Virus record (IMG/VR): IMGVR_UViG_3300042517_001086
Direction: 5' to 3' (one strand)
Length of the DNA: 64,000 bases
From: an uncultured virus (IMG/VR IMGVR_UViG_3300042517_001086)
Taxonomy: Duplodnaviria > Heunggongvirae > Uroviricota > Caudoviricetes
A model generated the notes under the pieces. The model ran no database searches. It saw only the letters and a program-made list of their open reading frames with translations, and was not told the origin of the DNA. The translations under genes were made by a program, and so were the position numbers. Shown here in pieces: positions 29,803-40,241 of the stretch; position 1 is the first letter of the stretch, and the number at the start of each line of letters is the position of its first letter.

Positions 29803-30101
29803 TAGTTATCTTCATTATCATAATCGCCTGGATCAAAATCCTCATCTTCATAAGGATTCCATTCTGTATTATATTCATCTTCTTCTTCTTCTTCGTCTAT
29901 TTGTTCCTCCATTAATTCAATTGCGTCCATAACAACTTCAAATTCTTGAATTTTATTAAGAACAAGATCTACTTTTTTGTCTAGATTTTTGATAAGTTTC
30001 TTTAACTCGCTAATATCTTTTGAAAGATTGTCTTCTATTTGATGTATCTCTTTATTAGCTTTGATTATCTCTTTGTTAATATTCTCAATATCTCTTGACA
30101 T
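29802..30101 (-). CDS. coiled-coil protein with very acidic tail
   Basis: heptad pattern followed by EEQIDEEEEEDEY... Confidence 0.6.
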   Translation of the reverse strand: MSRDIENINKEIIKANKEIHQIEDNLSKDISELKKLIKNLDKKVDLVLNKIQEFEVVMDAIELMEEQIDEEEEEDEYNTEWNPYEDEDFDPGDYDNEDN

Positions 30102-30114
30102 AAGTAGTTACCTA

Positions 30115-30456
30115 TTATAGACGTTTATATTCTTTAATATCTCCATTTTCAATAATCTTCTTATCTTCGTATGAGCTTGCTGCACGACGATAAAATTCTT
30201 GCTTAATATTCTCTAATACACCAGTAATCATAGCAATCTTGGAGTATGAAATGTCTCCCATAATCCCACCTAATATTCGAGAAAAACAATAGTTAATTTT
30301 ACCTAAAAGCATCATTGTTTGATTGTCTGTCAAGTTTTGTTGTTGGCAAATTTCTCCCTCTAAGGAGCATTTAAATACAAAAATTAAACTATCTATATGA
30401 TTATCTAGTATTTTTCTATCTTGTTCTTTGATATATGGCATTTTAAATTCCTTCAC
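30115..30456 (-). CDS. conserved phage protein (DUF6899-like)
   Basis: MPYIK...G.INY...GVLE..KQEFYRR...YEDKKI.ENGD. Confidence 0.6.
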   Translation of the reverse strand: MKEFKMPYIKEQDRKILDNHIDSLIFVFKCSLEGEICQQQNLTDNQTMMLLGKINYCFSRILGGIMGDISYSKIAMITGVLENIKQEFYRRAASSYEDKKIIENGDIKEYKRL

Positions 30457-30997
30457 ACTTACATTGGTATTTTAAACAATATGAACATTTTGGGCCGGGA
30501 TCAGAATTTCCAAAATAATTAGCATAACCATCCCAGGTTTCTTTACCCGTGTCGATGCAAACCAATTTAGCTTTACCGTCTCTTATAATATAACCAATAT
30601 TTTTTGTGTGACAGTCCCAAAATTTTAACTTTGTTTTGTCATATATAGATTCTACTAATTCTTGTATTTTCCATAGCTTAGTTTTTTCGCTACTTTCTTT
30701 AGCCAGTTCAGTAACATATCCCCAACCACTTATTTTATGAGGAAAGAAAGGCTCGTACCTCATTTTGCACAATTCAGAACAGACCTTGGGAGCAAGATCA
30801 TAACTACTTAATTTGGACTGAATTTGTCTGGCGTATGATGCTCTAGACTTAGAAATAAATTCTTTGAATCCTAAAGATGGTTCATTAGAGACTTTAAACA
30901 AAGTACAATAACCACCGTTTTCACTATAGTAGTCAGATAAATCAACTTTATATTTTGTACTTACCATATTAATAAGAGATAACTTGAGGAATTTCAC
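30443..30997 (-). CDS. minimal protein-kinase-like protein
   Basis: ENGGYC glycine loop, GFKEF, LAPKV, WDCHTKNIG catalytic loop, CIDTG. Confidence 0.6.
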   Translation of the reverse strand: MKFLKLSLINMVSTKYKVDLSDYYSENGGYCTLFKVSNEPSLGFKEFISKSRASYARQIQSKLSSYDLAPKVCSELCKMRYEPFFPHKISGWGYVTELAKESSEKTKLWKIQELVESIYDKTKLKFWDCHTKNIGYIIRDGKAKLVCIDTGKETWDGYANYFGNSDPGPKCSYCLKYQCKCEGI

Positions 30998-32387
30998 CAG
31001 TTATATTATATAGAAAAGCTTTTGCCTTATCTATAGAATGAAACTCTCCAAGAAAAACAGTTCCCGGTAGACCATCACTATCAACTGGTACTGATCCATA
31101 TATTTGATAAAAGGGGTCATCATAAGCATCCTTTTCTTTTTCTAAAAATTCCGCAGATGTTCTGATTTCATCTATATAAGTACCTCCCTCATAATCACTA
31201 TATTCTCTTACAGTAACCAGTAAAAAATATTCTATGGGAGATTTGGGATTATTATTCTTAATCCTACCATTACAAAGAGTATTACCCATCATTTTTCCTA
31301 TAAAGAGGAATTACAGTATTTTGATCAACATAAGGGTTGTTTTGAGTTCTTAAATCAAACAAATCACCACGACCATTAATTCTGGCCCAAGCAACAGGCT
31401 TATCAAGAGAATCTTTTAAAGACTGCATCTGCTGAGACACTTCCAAGTATTCGTTTGTCTGTTCAACAGCAAATTCATTAGCTCTATAGACTTCTTCAGC
31501 CCATTCTTTATTTTTCTCTTTTAGTTTTTTCAATTCATCTTTGGCATTTTGCACAAAGAAAAGATCAGCCCCAGAAGCCCAAGCAAAATCAATAATACTC
31601 TCAAGAGGATTAGCGTGTTTTTCCATATAAGTTGCTAGTTCTATAAATGTCCTTCTTATTCCATCTTCCCAATTTTCATATTCTTCGATCATTCTTTAGC
31701 TGTTCTATTTCTCTTTCCAATTTAGCTACTCTTTCGTATATATCATGGTTAGCTAAACGAGGCAGGTCTTTTGCTGGTGTTTTGCCATCTCCAATTCTTG
31801 TATCCCACAACTCAGCAATGCTATCATACTGGTATAAGAAGAGTTCGCCAAGTCTTGGAATAACATCACAACCATTCTTGGCTTTTGGTAGACTAAAAGA
31901 TCCGTTCATTCTAAGACAGTAATTTCTGCTCCCTTAAATTCAGGCTTATAGAAGCCTGTCAAACTGTCCTTCTGATAAGTATCTTCAACGATGAATCTAA
32001 TATCATACTTATTCTCCATTATGGAAACTTCTGAACTAGTAGAAATCTTTTTGTTCTCAACAATATATTGAATAATTGCTATCTTAATTTCTTCTTTAGT
32101 TAGATTGTATAGATTATATGTCATAAATTAAAAGTCATCTCCCATTCGATATTCATCAAACTTTTCTTGACATTCTTCATTAGCATCATAATATCCAACA
32201 TCATAACCTTGTTCATGGCCCATAGCATACGCTGCCATCAACCATTTGATTATATCGTCAGTCTTTCCTTTTGCAACACAATTTCTTATGTCGCTTATAG
32301 CTCTTTCGTGTCTGACGCTATATCCTTCAACTTCATTTATCCAGTGGTCGAATGTCATAAGAGTAAACTCATTTAAAAAGGATTAAG

Positions 32388-32662
32388 TAGGAGCGGTGAG
32401 AATCGAACTCACACTGGATGGATTTTCTTGCCACTATAGTTTTCACTACCATTTCTGTTTGTGGTCTGGACTTTATCTTAACCATAACTTTCGTTTTAGG
32501 TTCCTGCCGTCAAGTCTCTACACCTTCATAATATTTCTATTAAGCTTGGCTCGGTATTAGCAGTTAAGCCTCCACCGAATTTGACAGGTTCTACATCAAA
32601 GATTTCTCTTTAAGCACTCAAATTGTATAAGTCCATTGTCTCTGCCGTTGGACTACGCTCCC
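32388..32662 (-). tRNA. trnL: tRNA-Leu(UAA), split by a group I intron; exons 32662-32629 and 32426-32388
   Basis: spliced: GGGAGCG acceptor, ATGGA-CT-T^AA-AA-TCCAT anticodon arm, GTGAG-TTCGATT-CTCAC, CGCTCCT-A; 73 nt. Confidence 0.92.
32427..32628 (-). mobile_element. group I self-splicing intron (IC3-like), 202 nt, no ORF
   Basis: follows U34 and ends in G; P AATTCGGTGGAG, Q AATACCGAGC, R GTGTAGAGACTTGACGG, S AAGATAAAGTCC; GAGT guide pairs with exon ACTT. Confidence 0.9.
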
Positions 32663-32769
32663 GTATACTTCCAAGCTACATATCATAACGATTGGTTAGA
32701 TGTTTGTCTATGTGTCTCTACCAATATTTATGAGGGATGTAGTTGGAAGCATTTGGTTTACACTAAGAC

Positions 32770-33054
32770 TCAGCCGTTAGAATGAGCAGCCTTTAGACGG
32801 CGAACAGTCTCAGCCATAGCCTCGACATTATCCACAGTCTTTGTGGGCTTTGCTCGCTCCATCGCTGGCAGTTCAATGCCCTTCTTAGCCAGAGCGGCCT
32901 TTGTACGAGCATAACGAGCCATCGTACTAGCAACCTTCTGACCAGTCTTACTGGCAATCTCAGCATAGGTCTTGCTGGAAAAAACTGCCTCAAGGAACTG
33001 GTCATCACTGCAACGAACACGACTCTGCTTCTCAGTAGTAGTAACTTCAGCCAT
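32770..33054 (-). CDS. small basic HTH-like DNA-binding protein
   Basis: TYAEIASKTGQKVASTMAR; GGAGG RBS; own promoter at 33133-33161. Confidence 0.55.
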   Translation of the reverse strand: MAEVTTTEKQSRVRCSDDQFLEAVFSSKTYAEIASKTGQKVASTMARYARTKAALAKKGIELPAMERAKPTKTVDNVEAMAETVRRLKAAHSNG

Positions 33055-33111
33055 AATCAACCTCCAAATTCTTAACCAATCTACAACCAAGGCTCAGTCA
33101 AGCGACTGATC

Positions 33112-33732
33112 TTACCTTGCGTTGTTCCTTCGATTGTACAACATAGTATCGTCACTGTCAATGGGCGACCTTGAAATTTTTTTCGTTCTCGCCAGAAATT
33201 GCTGTTGAACGTCTTTAAAGCTCCAAGGAGTACCAAACTCCACCCCATCTCTTTTATTATCGACCCCTACATCAAGAGTGAGCGTTCCAGAAGCAACGTC
33301 CTCACGATGCAGTCTGCCATGAACATGACCATAAAGCATCCAACTTTTCCTATAGCTACCAGACCAACTTCTCATAGGATAATGACACATAAATATCTTT
33401 TGATTAACATACAGAATCATTTTCTGATCAGACACACTAGAAAATCCACTAGTAAACTTAGTTGGTTCATCATGATTACCAAGAATAATGTGAACATTCT
33501 CACAAACTATTCTTTCTCTATATGAGAGAGCAGTTCCACCCTTATGACAGAAATCTCCTATAATATAAAGAATATCGTTTTGTCCAACTGTTTCGTTTAT
33601 AGAAGAAATAATTTTAGCGTCCATCTCTCCACCAGTAGAAAATGGACGATTACAATATCCTATAATATTCCTATGTCCCAGGTGAAGATCAGCAGTAAAA
33701 AATACTTTCTGACCATCAACTATCTTATCCAT
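33112..33732 (-). CDS. calcineurin-like metallophosphoesterase
   Basis: TADLHLGH, IGDF, LGNHD, HYP, GHVH, DVGVD. Confidence 0.9.
   Translation of the reverse strand: MDKIVDGQKVFFTADLHLGHRNIIGYCNRPFSTGGEMDAKIISSINETVGQNDILYIIGDFCHKGGTALSYRERIVCENVHIILGNHDEPTKFTSGFSSVSDQKMILYVNQKIFMCHYPMRSWSGSYRKSWMLYGHVHGRLHREDVASGTLTLDVGVDNKRDGVEFGTPWSFKDVQQQFLARTKKISRSPIDSDDTMLYNRRNNAR
33133..33161 (-). promoter_or_regulatory. sigma70 early promoter
   Basis: TTGACA-N17-TACAAT. Confidence 0.75.
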
Positions 33733-33736
33733 TAAA

Positions 33737-33922
33737 TTAATCCTCTGTTGGAAGAACCAGAGCCATTAGTAAATATGCCCAGAAAAGAATACTTCCGGTG
33801 AAAATCGCACCAGCAACAAATCCCAGCCTAACTACAGAAACATCTAACCCTAGACTTTCTGCTAGTCCTCCACAAACACCAAAGAAAACTCTATTCTTAT
33901 TACTCTTGTGAAATTGGTTCAT
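33737..33922 (-). CDS. pspC: PspC-domain membrane protein
   Basis: RVFFGVCGGLAE.LG.D...VRL...YLLMALVLP. Confidence 0.85.
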   Translation of the reverse strand: MNQFHKSNKNRVFFGVCGGLAESLGLDVSVVRLGFVAGAIFTGSILFWAYLLMALVLPTED

Positions 33923-35088
33923 AAGTAGATCCTTTAATAATTTGTTGAATCTGATATTCTGAATAGCCAGACATTAACATTGCTTGATGATAACCGATAA
34001 CGGGAATGAGTTCTGAAATCATGATGTTTCCTTTGGTGAGTATAGAGTAACCTTAATTATTATATACCCATCCCGCCCACTGTCAATATTCTGTATTGAT
34101 GATATTCTTCCTTTACCCAAGAATGAATCACCAACTAACAAGAATGGCCCGCCGTCTAAGTTAGCAGAAGTTATTATTGAGATATCTGATTGACATCCAA
34201 ATTTCGCCCAATCGCTTTCTCCCTCAACCAAATATTCATATTCCCCAATTTGTGTTATTATTCTTTTGTTTTTGTTCTTAGACTGTAAGCACTGGCTCAT
34301 TAAAAGCCTCACTATCGAGTATATAACCTTGATTATTTTCTGACGTTAGGTTAGCAAGAACGTCTTTTAGTCTTTGATTTTCTTTCTCAAGGGTATTCAT
34401 TATTTTTTCAGCTTGATTTAAAGCTTTCTGAAGAGATTTAACTCTATTAGCTAATTGATCGTTCATATATTCTGTTGCTGTTCTGACAACCATGATTAGC
34501 CTCCTTGATATGAGTTTGACAACCTTATATTATACACCTTACAGGTTAAGTCCATTTAAGAATTTTTGTAAATCTTTGAGTTGTTTTTTGTCTAACACCA
34601 TCTGATCAGCATAGGGCTTTTTATATGCTAAAACTTGAAAACAGTACCTTAGTCTCTGCCATAATGACATCTTATTACTATAGTTTGTATAATGCTCAAA
34701 TATAGCCAAATCTGCCAACTCAATTTCATGGTCATATTCTATTACCAATATCTCACTCTTACAAGAACACGGAATGAATAGTGTCTTATTTTCTTTTAGA
34801 TTGGTTACGCTTCCCATGTTTCTTCTTTCTAAAAATTCTTTCGTAGTTTTTGTCCCAAGTATCTTGAGAAACTAGACTGACTCTTCTTTTAGACCCTTTA
34901 CCATTTTGGCTCATCATTTTCTCCTACATACAAAAATTCGTTCTCTTTTACAATATATAGTGTTGATGAATCCCCATAAATTTCATACAAATAAGAACCA
35001 TCTCCTTGAGGCATGTCTTTATTCAGATAACCATACTCTATTATCTCATTATCTCTCATAATAGCAACTCTAGGAAATCTCATTGGAC

Positions 35089-35787
35089 TCATGATTCTAG
35101 TACATAACTCCAGTAGCGACTATCTTCTTTCTTTTGAAGATCATCCCAATAGATCGACCTTGCTACATAGGATGGGACTTTCAATTTACCACAGTTAACC
35201 ATCCAATGCCGCTCCATCTTCTTATAGATTTGTGAACCAATCTTGCTCTTATTATACTTCAGAGCCTCAACATCGTAAAGCCTCAGTTGATGAATATCTC
35301 CGCAGAGTACCCTAGCCTCATTAGGATGAATCATCTCAAGAGCAAAGCTAATCTTAGCCAGACCAATTCCGCTAATCTTATTGAGGATACTATCACGTTT
35401 CTTAACATGATACTTCTTTGTGGTCAGATAAAAATCTTTAGGATTAGCCCAAAACTTGGTGCTAAAATCCCAGATATAAGCGGTGCGATTATTGTGCAAC
35501 CCAACACCACTCTTGTGGAGTTTTGTCAAAAGAATTTCTTTACTATCTACCCATTCGCTAAAATTCTTGATAGCATTGTATCCCTTGACATTACCCTGCC
35601 AAGTGGTATGCACTGAACAATAGGCAAAGAGATAGCGACGGAAAATATCTTCGTCAGTCTTGGGGCGAACACTCTCCCAATAGTCTTTATAGGCAACTAC
35701 CTTATCCTTCGGAAAATTCTTGAAAAACTCATCGGCCTTGCTGGTACTCATAACAATCGGCTTTTTCTCAACAACAATCTCTGTCAT
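35089..35787 (-). CDS. HhH-type DNA glycosylase/lyase-like protein
   Basis: GLHNNR, ISGIGLAKISF (HhH), CGDIHQLR; resembles 8-oxoG glycosylases. Confidence 0.6.
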   Translation of the reverse strand: MTEIVVEKKPIVMSTSKADEFFKNFPKDKVVAYKDYWESVRPKTDEDIFRRYLFAYCSVHTTWQGNVKGYNAIKNFSEWVDSKEILLTKLHKSGVGLHNNRTAYIWDFSTKFWANPKDFYLTTKKYHVKKRDSILNKISGIGLAKISFALEMIHPNEARVLCGDIHQLRLYDVEALKYNKSKIGSQIYKKMERHWMVNCGKLKVPSYVARSIYWDDLQKKEDSRYWSYVLES

Positions 35788-35824
35788 AATGTCCTCAAAG
35801 GTTGGTTCCAAAGTGTATGCTCAC

Positions 35825-35853
35825 ATTCTACACTAGTCCTATCGTCTTGTCAA
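35825..35853 (-). promoter_or_regulatory. sigma70 early promoter
   Basis: TTGACA-N17-TAGAAT. Confidence 0.75.
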
Positions 35854-36331
35854 GCCCCGTTTCTTGAATCAATCCAATTTCGTAACGCCAGACTTATCTA
35901 AAATCTCATCTAATTTATAGTAGTATTCCCATGTTTTCCATTTCACTCTAACACTGCCAATATCTTTAATTTCTTTTCCGTTTTTGTCTTTGATCTTATA
36001 AACAGCCCAATAATGCTCTTCTCCTTTTACAAACTCATGAATAATTTCAAAATCTTTTGGACAGTCTAGGCTTGCCCATAATCTTAATCGTCCATTAGAT
36101 TTAACCCATTCTTCTATCCTTTCATCATACTTTATTGGAAAAAATATATTTCGTACTGATCTTTCTACAAGAACATATTTGTAGCCAAACCATTCTGAAT
36201 TACAAATAAAACCTATAGAAAATCCTACGAATAGAATAAACCACGGATATATCAGAGAGCGAAGAACAACTTTGATCATTTAATGTCTCCAGTAAGGCGA
36301 GATAATTAAATACACCATTACTGGAAATTGG

Positions 36332-37312
36332 TCAATCGGTTTTATCCTTTACTTCCTTCACATATTTCATCAATGGATTTTCTTGTTTAGGTATAATGGT
36401 TTTATGATTAGTAGTCCATGCTGGCAGTTTACCAGATAGCTTAGTTTTCTTTTTAGCTTTTTGTTTTTGGTATTGTTCTTCTAGTCTTATTCTTTTTTGT
36501 TGAAAAGTTTCTTTCGGTTTATTTTTTTGGAAATGTGGCCTTATGCAACTTTTAAGTTTTTCACTAGCATTAGGATGATTCAATAGAAGATTTATAAAAT
36601 ATGGAAAAGCTTGACGTAGTTGTTTTTTAATTTCATCTTCACTAAGATTATTATAGTATTTTACTTTAGAATTAATCCATGATTGATCTTTGTTTTTAAA
36701 ATAATTGCTAATATCTTTATTGTCAACAGCTTTAGGCTTTTTTTTCTTTTTATGTTGCTTTATATAGTTATCAATTTCATTTTTTATAACATCTAAAGAC
36801 GATTCTTCTTTTTTCGATGTTGTATTTATTACTTCTGGTTTATTAGCATTAGTAGAGATAGGTTTCTTTTTGTTTTTATTCTTATGTTTCTTTCTCTTGA
36901 TATGGTTATGCTCAAATAGTCTTTCTGAATTATATTGAATATCACTATTAAATGCTTGAGCCCAAATTTGCCATTCATCTAAAGTATTTTTGCTATTTTG
37001 ACAAAATAATTTATTTAACAAGCTTTTCTTTTTACCAATATGCTTGTCTTGCTCAACAAAATTATGGCATGGTTCACACAATGTAATTAATTCATGCTGA
37101 TCTCCCTGACCCAGCATGATAATTTTTGTGTAATCAATATGATGAACTGTTTTAGAAGGAGTGCCACATACTTGACAACATTTACCATCTCTTTCTAAGA
37201 CTAATTGCCTAATATTCCACCATAGTCTAGATTTTATATAGGCATCATAACTTCTAAAACCTAGCTCTTTCCATGCTGGTGGCATAATTCTATATGTCTC
37301 TTTCTTCTCCAT
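36332..37312 (-). CDS. HNH endonuclease with long Lys-rich C-terminal extension
   Basis: YIKSRLW..IR..VLERD..CQVCG...VHHIDY...LITLCEPCH. Confidence 0.8.
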   Translation of the reverse strand: MEKKETYRIMPPAWKELGFRSYDAYIKSRLWWNIRQLVLERDGKCCQVCGTPSKTVHHIDYTKIIMLGQGDQHELITLCEPCHNFVEQDKHIGKKKSLLNKLFCQNSKNTLDEWQIWAQAFNSDIQYNSERLFEHNHIKRKKHKNKNKKKPISTNANKPEVINTTSKKEESSLDVIKNEIDNYIKQHKKKKKPKAVDNKDISNYFKNKDQSWINSKVKYYNNLSEDEIKKQLRQAFPYFINLLLNHPNASEKLKSCIRPHFQKNKPKETFQQKRIRLEEQYQKQKAKKKTKLSGKLPAWTTNHKTIIPKQENPLMKYVKEVKDKTD

Positions 37313-37910
37313 GAAGAATCTTATTACTTTTCTTGATGTTGTCTATTGCCCACAATGGTTGTAAATTTGTATAGTGAAAACATTTTTTTTGTTCTGACTC
37401 TTTGGACATATCAAATGATGAACATGGTAATATATGATCTATATGCCATTTTCCATAATTGTCCCAACTCATTCCAATTGTGAATTTAGTTTCTAGATGA
37501 ATTTTTAACTCACTTATTGTGCATCCTAAATAATCTAAGGTCGTTGTCGTTTTTTTATTATTCTTGATGGCTGTTCTTAATCTAGTCCTTAAATTATAGG
37601 CTATTTTAAAAGACACGTCCTGTTTTCTTCTTGCTTTCTCTCTTTTTGCTCTTTGTTGATATATCTTTTTTTTATGCTTGTCAAAATATTCTTGTACCTT
37701 GTCCTTATTTTCTTCTCTATATTTTTTAGCATATTCTAGCTTAGAGTCTTTATTTTGAATGTAATTATTAGTAACCCTATCTAATACATTGGCTTTATTC
37801 TTTTTGTACCATTCTTGCTGACATTTTTTATTGCAATTTTTGCACCATGTTCCTTTTTTCCATTCATTATGTTCTACTTTACAAGAAGAGCAGATTTTAT
37901 TCTTTTTCAT
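37290..37910 (-). CDS. HNH homing endonuclease (WHIDH..P / NLQPLW family)
   Basis: GMSWDNYGKWHIDHILPCSSFD...CFHYTNLQPLWA..N..K. Confidence 0.85.
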   Translation of the reverse strand: MKKNKICSSCKVEHNEWKKGTWCKNCNKKCQQEWYKKNKANVLDRVTNNYIQNKDSKLEYAKKYREENKDKVQEYFDKHKKKIYQQRAKREKARRKQDVSFKIAYNLRTRLRTAIKNNKKTTTTLDYLGCTISELKIHLETKFTIGMSWDNYGKWHIDHILPCSSFDMSKESEQKKCFHYTNLQPLWAIDNIKKSNKILHGEERDI

Positions 37911-37974
37911 TTGGTTTTCTCCTACTCATAGTTACACCAAATGTCCCAAATTGTTCCCAGTTTTTTGAAGAAGA

Positions 37975-39276
37975 TTAGGTATCTCTAGAATCTCCATATA
38001 GGTATTTAAATGTAGGAAACCTCAAAGAGATACCGCCTTTTTCGTTCTCTGTCTCCTCAAAATATTGTACCAAAATAATCTTGCCAAGAATCTTCTTAGG
38101 GTTCTTATAAAACTCTTGTCTTTGTTCGATACTAAAACCAGACCCAACTCGTACAGTATGTCCCTTATGCTGAATCATAACACAACTCAACATAGTTTCC
38201 TCACATTCTGCACCATCCTTAACATAACGGAATGGCCCCATTTCAGTATCTAGAACCTCATATTCATCATCAAAGAATGACTTATATTTGAGTAGGTCTT
38301 TGGATCGCTTTCCTTTATATGGAGCATCTGATCGAAGCATAAGCCCCTCCCAGCCATTCTCAGTAGATTCTTTGACAAATTCTTGGAAATGGTTTTCATC
38401 CTTAATCAAGGATTGCTCCAGAAGTGTCAAGCATGGACATTCGTTCTTCTTCATAATCTCTGTAAGATTCTTGAGCCTGATACTAAATGGTCGATTTTTC
38501 TCTCCCTTCTGGCTATAAAACTCATCATGAGTAATCATATCAAAAATTTTATAGGAAGGATTGGGAATAGTATGATCCTTCTTGCGAAGTTCCTTCATTA
38601 CTCCTTGAAAATCCTCGTTACCCTCTTCATCAACCAGACAAAGCTCTCCATCAAGAACTACATTAGTAAGTCCCAAAGCTTTAATGCCACCGCTAACAAT
38701 ATCAAGAGTATCAAAGATTTTTCCCGTGCGGGAATAAAAGGTAGTATTACTATTACCATCAACAATAGCAATACATCTAGCACCGTCGATCTTCCTGCTA
38801 ACATACCATCCATCCTTCCAGTCTACGATTTTAGGAACATACTTGTCCGCTAGAGCAACACTAAATGTTGGGATATGATCTGGAATAGCCTTATTAATCA
38901 GCTTATCTCCAGCACGGGTTTTCAAATCCTTGTCAATGATGCAATGAACGAGTTCTTCGTATTCTCTTTGGTTGTCAATAAAGCTATTAACTGCTCCAAT
39001 AGCATCATGACCTGTGATTTCTCTATTCTTCAAAGCATCCAACAGATCAAATATAGACTTGTATACTTTACCACGCAGATGACTTTTCTTTTTAAGATTA
39101 TCACTAGTTACATTGTACTGCCAAAGAGGATGATAAGTATAGAGCAGAATCTTTTTAAGAAAATTTGCTCCACTCTCATTAGAGGAAGTATAATCCTCAA
39201 TAATGCCAACTTTATCAAGTGTGCTGCTAGTTGACTTCAAATCACGAACAAAACCATTAAGATGCTCAAACGACAT
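37975..39276 (-). CDS. ATP-dependent DNA ligase
   Basis: KIDGAR (KxDG), LDGEL, FD, EGLMLR, LLKYK, VGSGF, SLRFP; likely ATG at 39276. Confidence 0.95.
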   Translation of the reverse strand: MSFEHLNGFVRDLKSTSSTLDKVGIIEDYTSSNESGANFLKKILLYTYHPLWQYNVTSDNLKKKSHLRGKVYKSIFDLLDALKNREITGHDAIGAVNSFIDNQREYEELVHCIIDKDLKTRAGDKLINKAIPDHIPTFSVALADKYVPKIVDWKDGWYVSRKIDGARCIAIVDGNSNTTFYSRTGKIFDTLDIVSGGIKALGLTNVVLDGELCLVDEEGNEDFQGVMKELRKKDHTIPNPSYKIFDMITHDEFYSQKGEKNRPFSIRLKNLTEIMKKNECPCLTLLEQSLIKDENHFQEFVKESTENGWEGLMLRSDAPYKGKRSKDLLKYKSFFDDEYEVLDTEMGPFRYVKDGAECEETMLSCVMIQHKGHTVRVGSGFSIEQRQEFYKNPKKILGKIILVQYFEETENEKGGISLRFPTFKYLYGDSRDT

Positions 39277-39301
39277 TTTTATTTTCTCCTGTGTTGTCCC
39301 A

Positions 39302-39330
39302 ATTCTACCATACGGTAGTCCCTTTGTCAA
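39302..39330 (-). promoter_or_regulatory. sigma70 early promoter (ligase)
   Basis: TTGACA-N17-TAGAAT. Confidence 0.75.
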
Positions 39331-39542
39331 GTATCATCTAATCGGTTTCGTTTCTTAAATACTATCGCCATAGACTGAACCAAATCGCTGCCAGAAGTTT
39401 GAAACCAACATGGAAAAAACGCATGAATTATCAAACAAAATCCAGCCAATAAAGATAAGCATCCAAAAAATACAGCAAACCTAAAATGTTGCCAGTATGT
39501 CATATTGTTTTCTGCTAGGTGTTCTTTAATCTTATTTTTCAT
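39327..39542 (-). CDS. small membrane protein (DUF6356-like)
   Basis: HL....MTYWQHFRFA...IIHAFFP.WF...GS. Confidence 0.65.
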   Translation of the reverse strand: MKNKIKEHLAENNMTYWQHFRFAVFFGCLSLLAGFCLIIHAFFPCWFQTSGSDLVQSMAIVFKKRNRLDDT

Positions 39543-39879
39543 ATCGTTTTTGTCTTGAAAGAAAATAATTCATAGCGTTAACGATGCTCTGAAAATCATC
39601 ACCCAGTTTGCCTATGCCAGTATTGCAAGGTTCACAGAGCCAGCCCCTAAAACTATTATCATCATGATCATGATCTAAGGCCCATTTGTAGGGAACCTTT
39701 TTACAGCACTCACATACTTCTGGTTTTGGTGGCGCTTTTTTATGTAGCTTAACTCTAATCTTAGAATGTTTTTTAACACACTTGCGACATCTGCTATCAA
39801 GATTATCTTTGTACATAGTGTGTTTGGGAAAACTTGCTAAGTTTTTACGTTTTCCACAGTAAGTACAAATTTTTCTCAT
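39532..39879 (-). CDS. endonuclease VII-like nuclease
   Basis: CECC...ALDHDH...FRGWLCEPCNTGIGKLGD. Confidence 0.85.
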   Translation of the reverse strand: MRKICTYCGKRKNLASFPKHTMYKDNLDSRCRKCVKKHSKIRVKLHKKAPPKPEVCECCKKVPYKWALDHDHDDNSFRGWLCEPCNTGIGKLGDDFQSIVNAMNYFLSRQKRYEK

Positions 39880-39888
39880 AATATTAAG

Positions 39889-40241
39889 TGGACGATTGGG
39901 GAATCGAACCCCGTCCAGTATAAACGTCTATATAAACTTCTACATTGTTAGTTACTTGTTATCACACAAATAACAAAGCTATCAGAATTATCTGAGTCAG
40001 ATTGAGTACAATCATCATTCCTATTTATGTCTGGTAGGACTACCATATCCGAATATCGGAGTCAGCATGATTTGGTAATAAGGCTCATGCCGCCCCACTC
40101 ATTACCTAATTAATTAGGCAGCGAGAGCGAGAGTTGAAACTTCGCCAATTAACATTTTTAATCGACTTTTATACTGGCCGGTCGATCAACCAGTCAATGC
40201 AATTTATATTTCTTTTTACCTGTCGATACCAGGAATCGCCC
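39889..40241 (-). ncRNA. ssrA: tmRNA; tag reading frame 40146-40114 encodes GEVSTLALAA*
   Basis: GGGCGAT/ATCGTCC-A acceptor with G3.U70; 5' CCTGGTATCGAC; pk1 ACTGGTT..GGCCAGT with TCGAC/GTCGA; LAA tag; GGGG-TTCGATT-CCCC T-arm; 353 nt. Confidence 0.93.

Noticed and set aside
39277..39330. N-terminal extensions in the ORF track (ligase; likewise uvsE, 62204, 61110)
   Set aside because: They run through promoters or repeats; downstream ATGs with an RBS are more plausible starts
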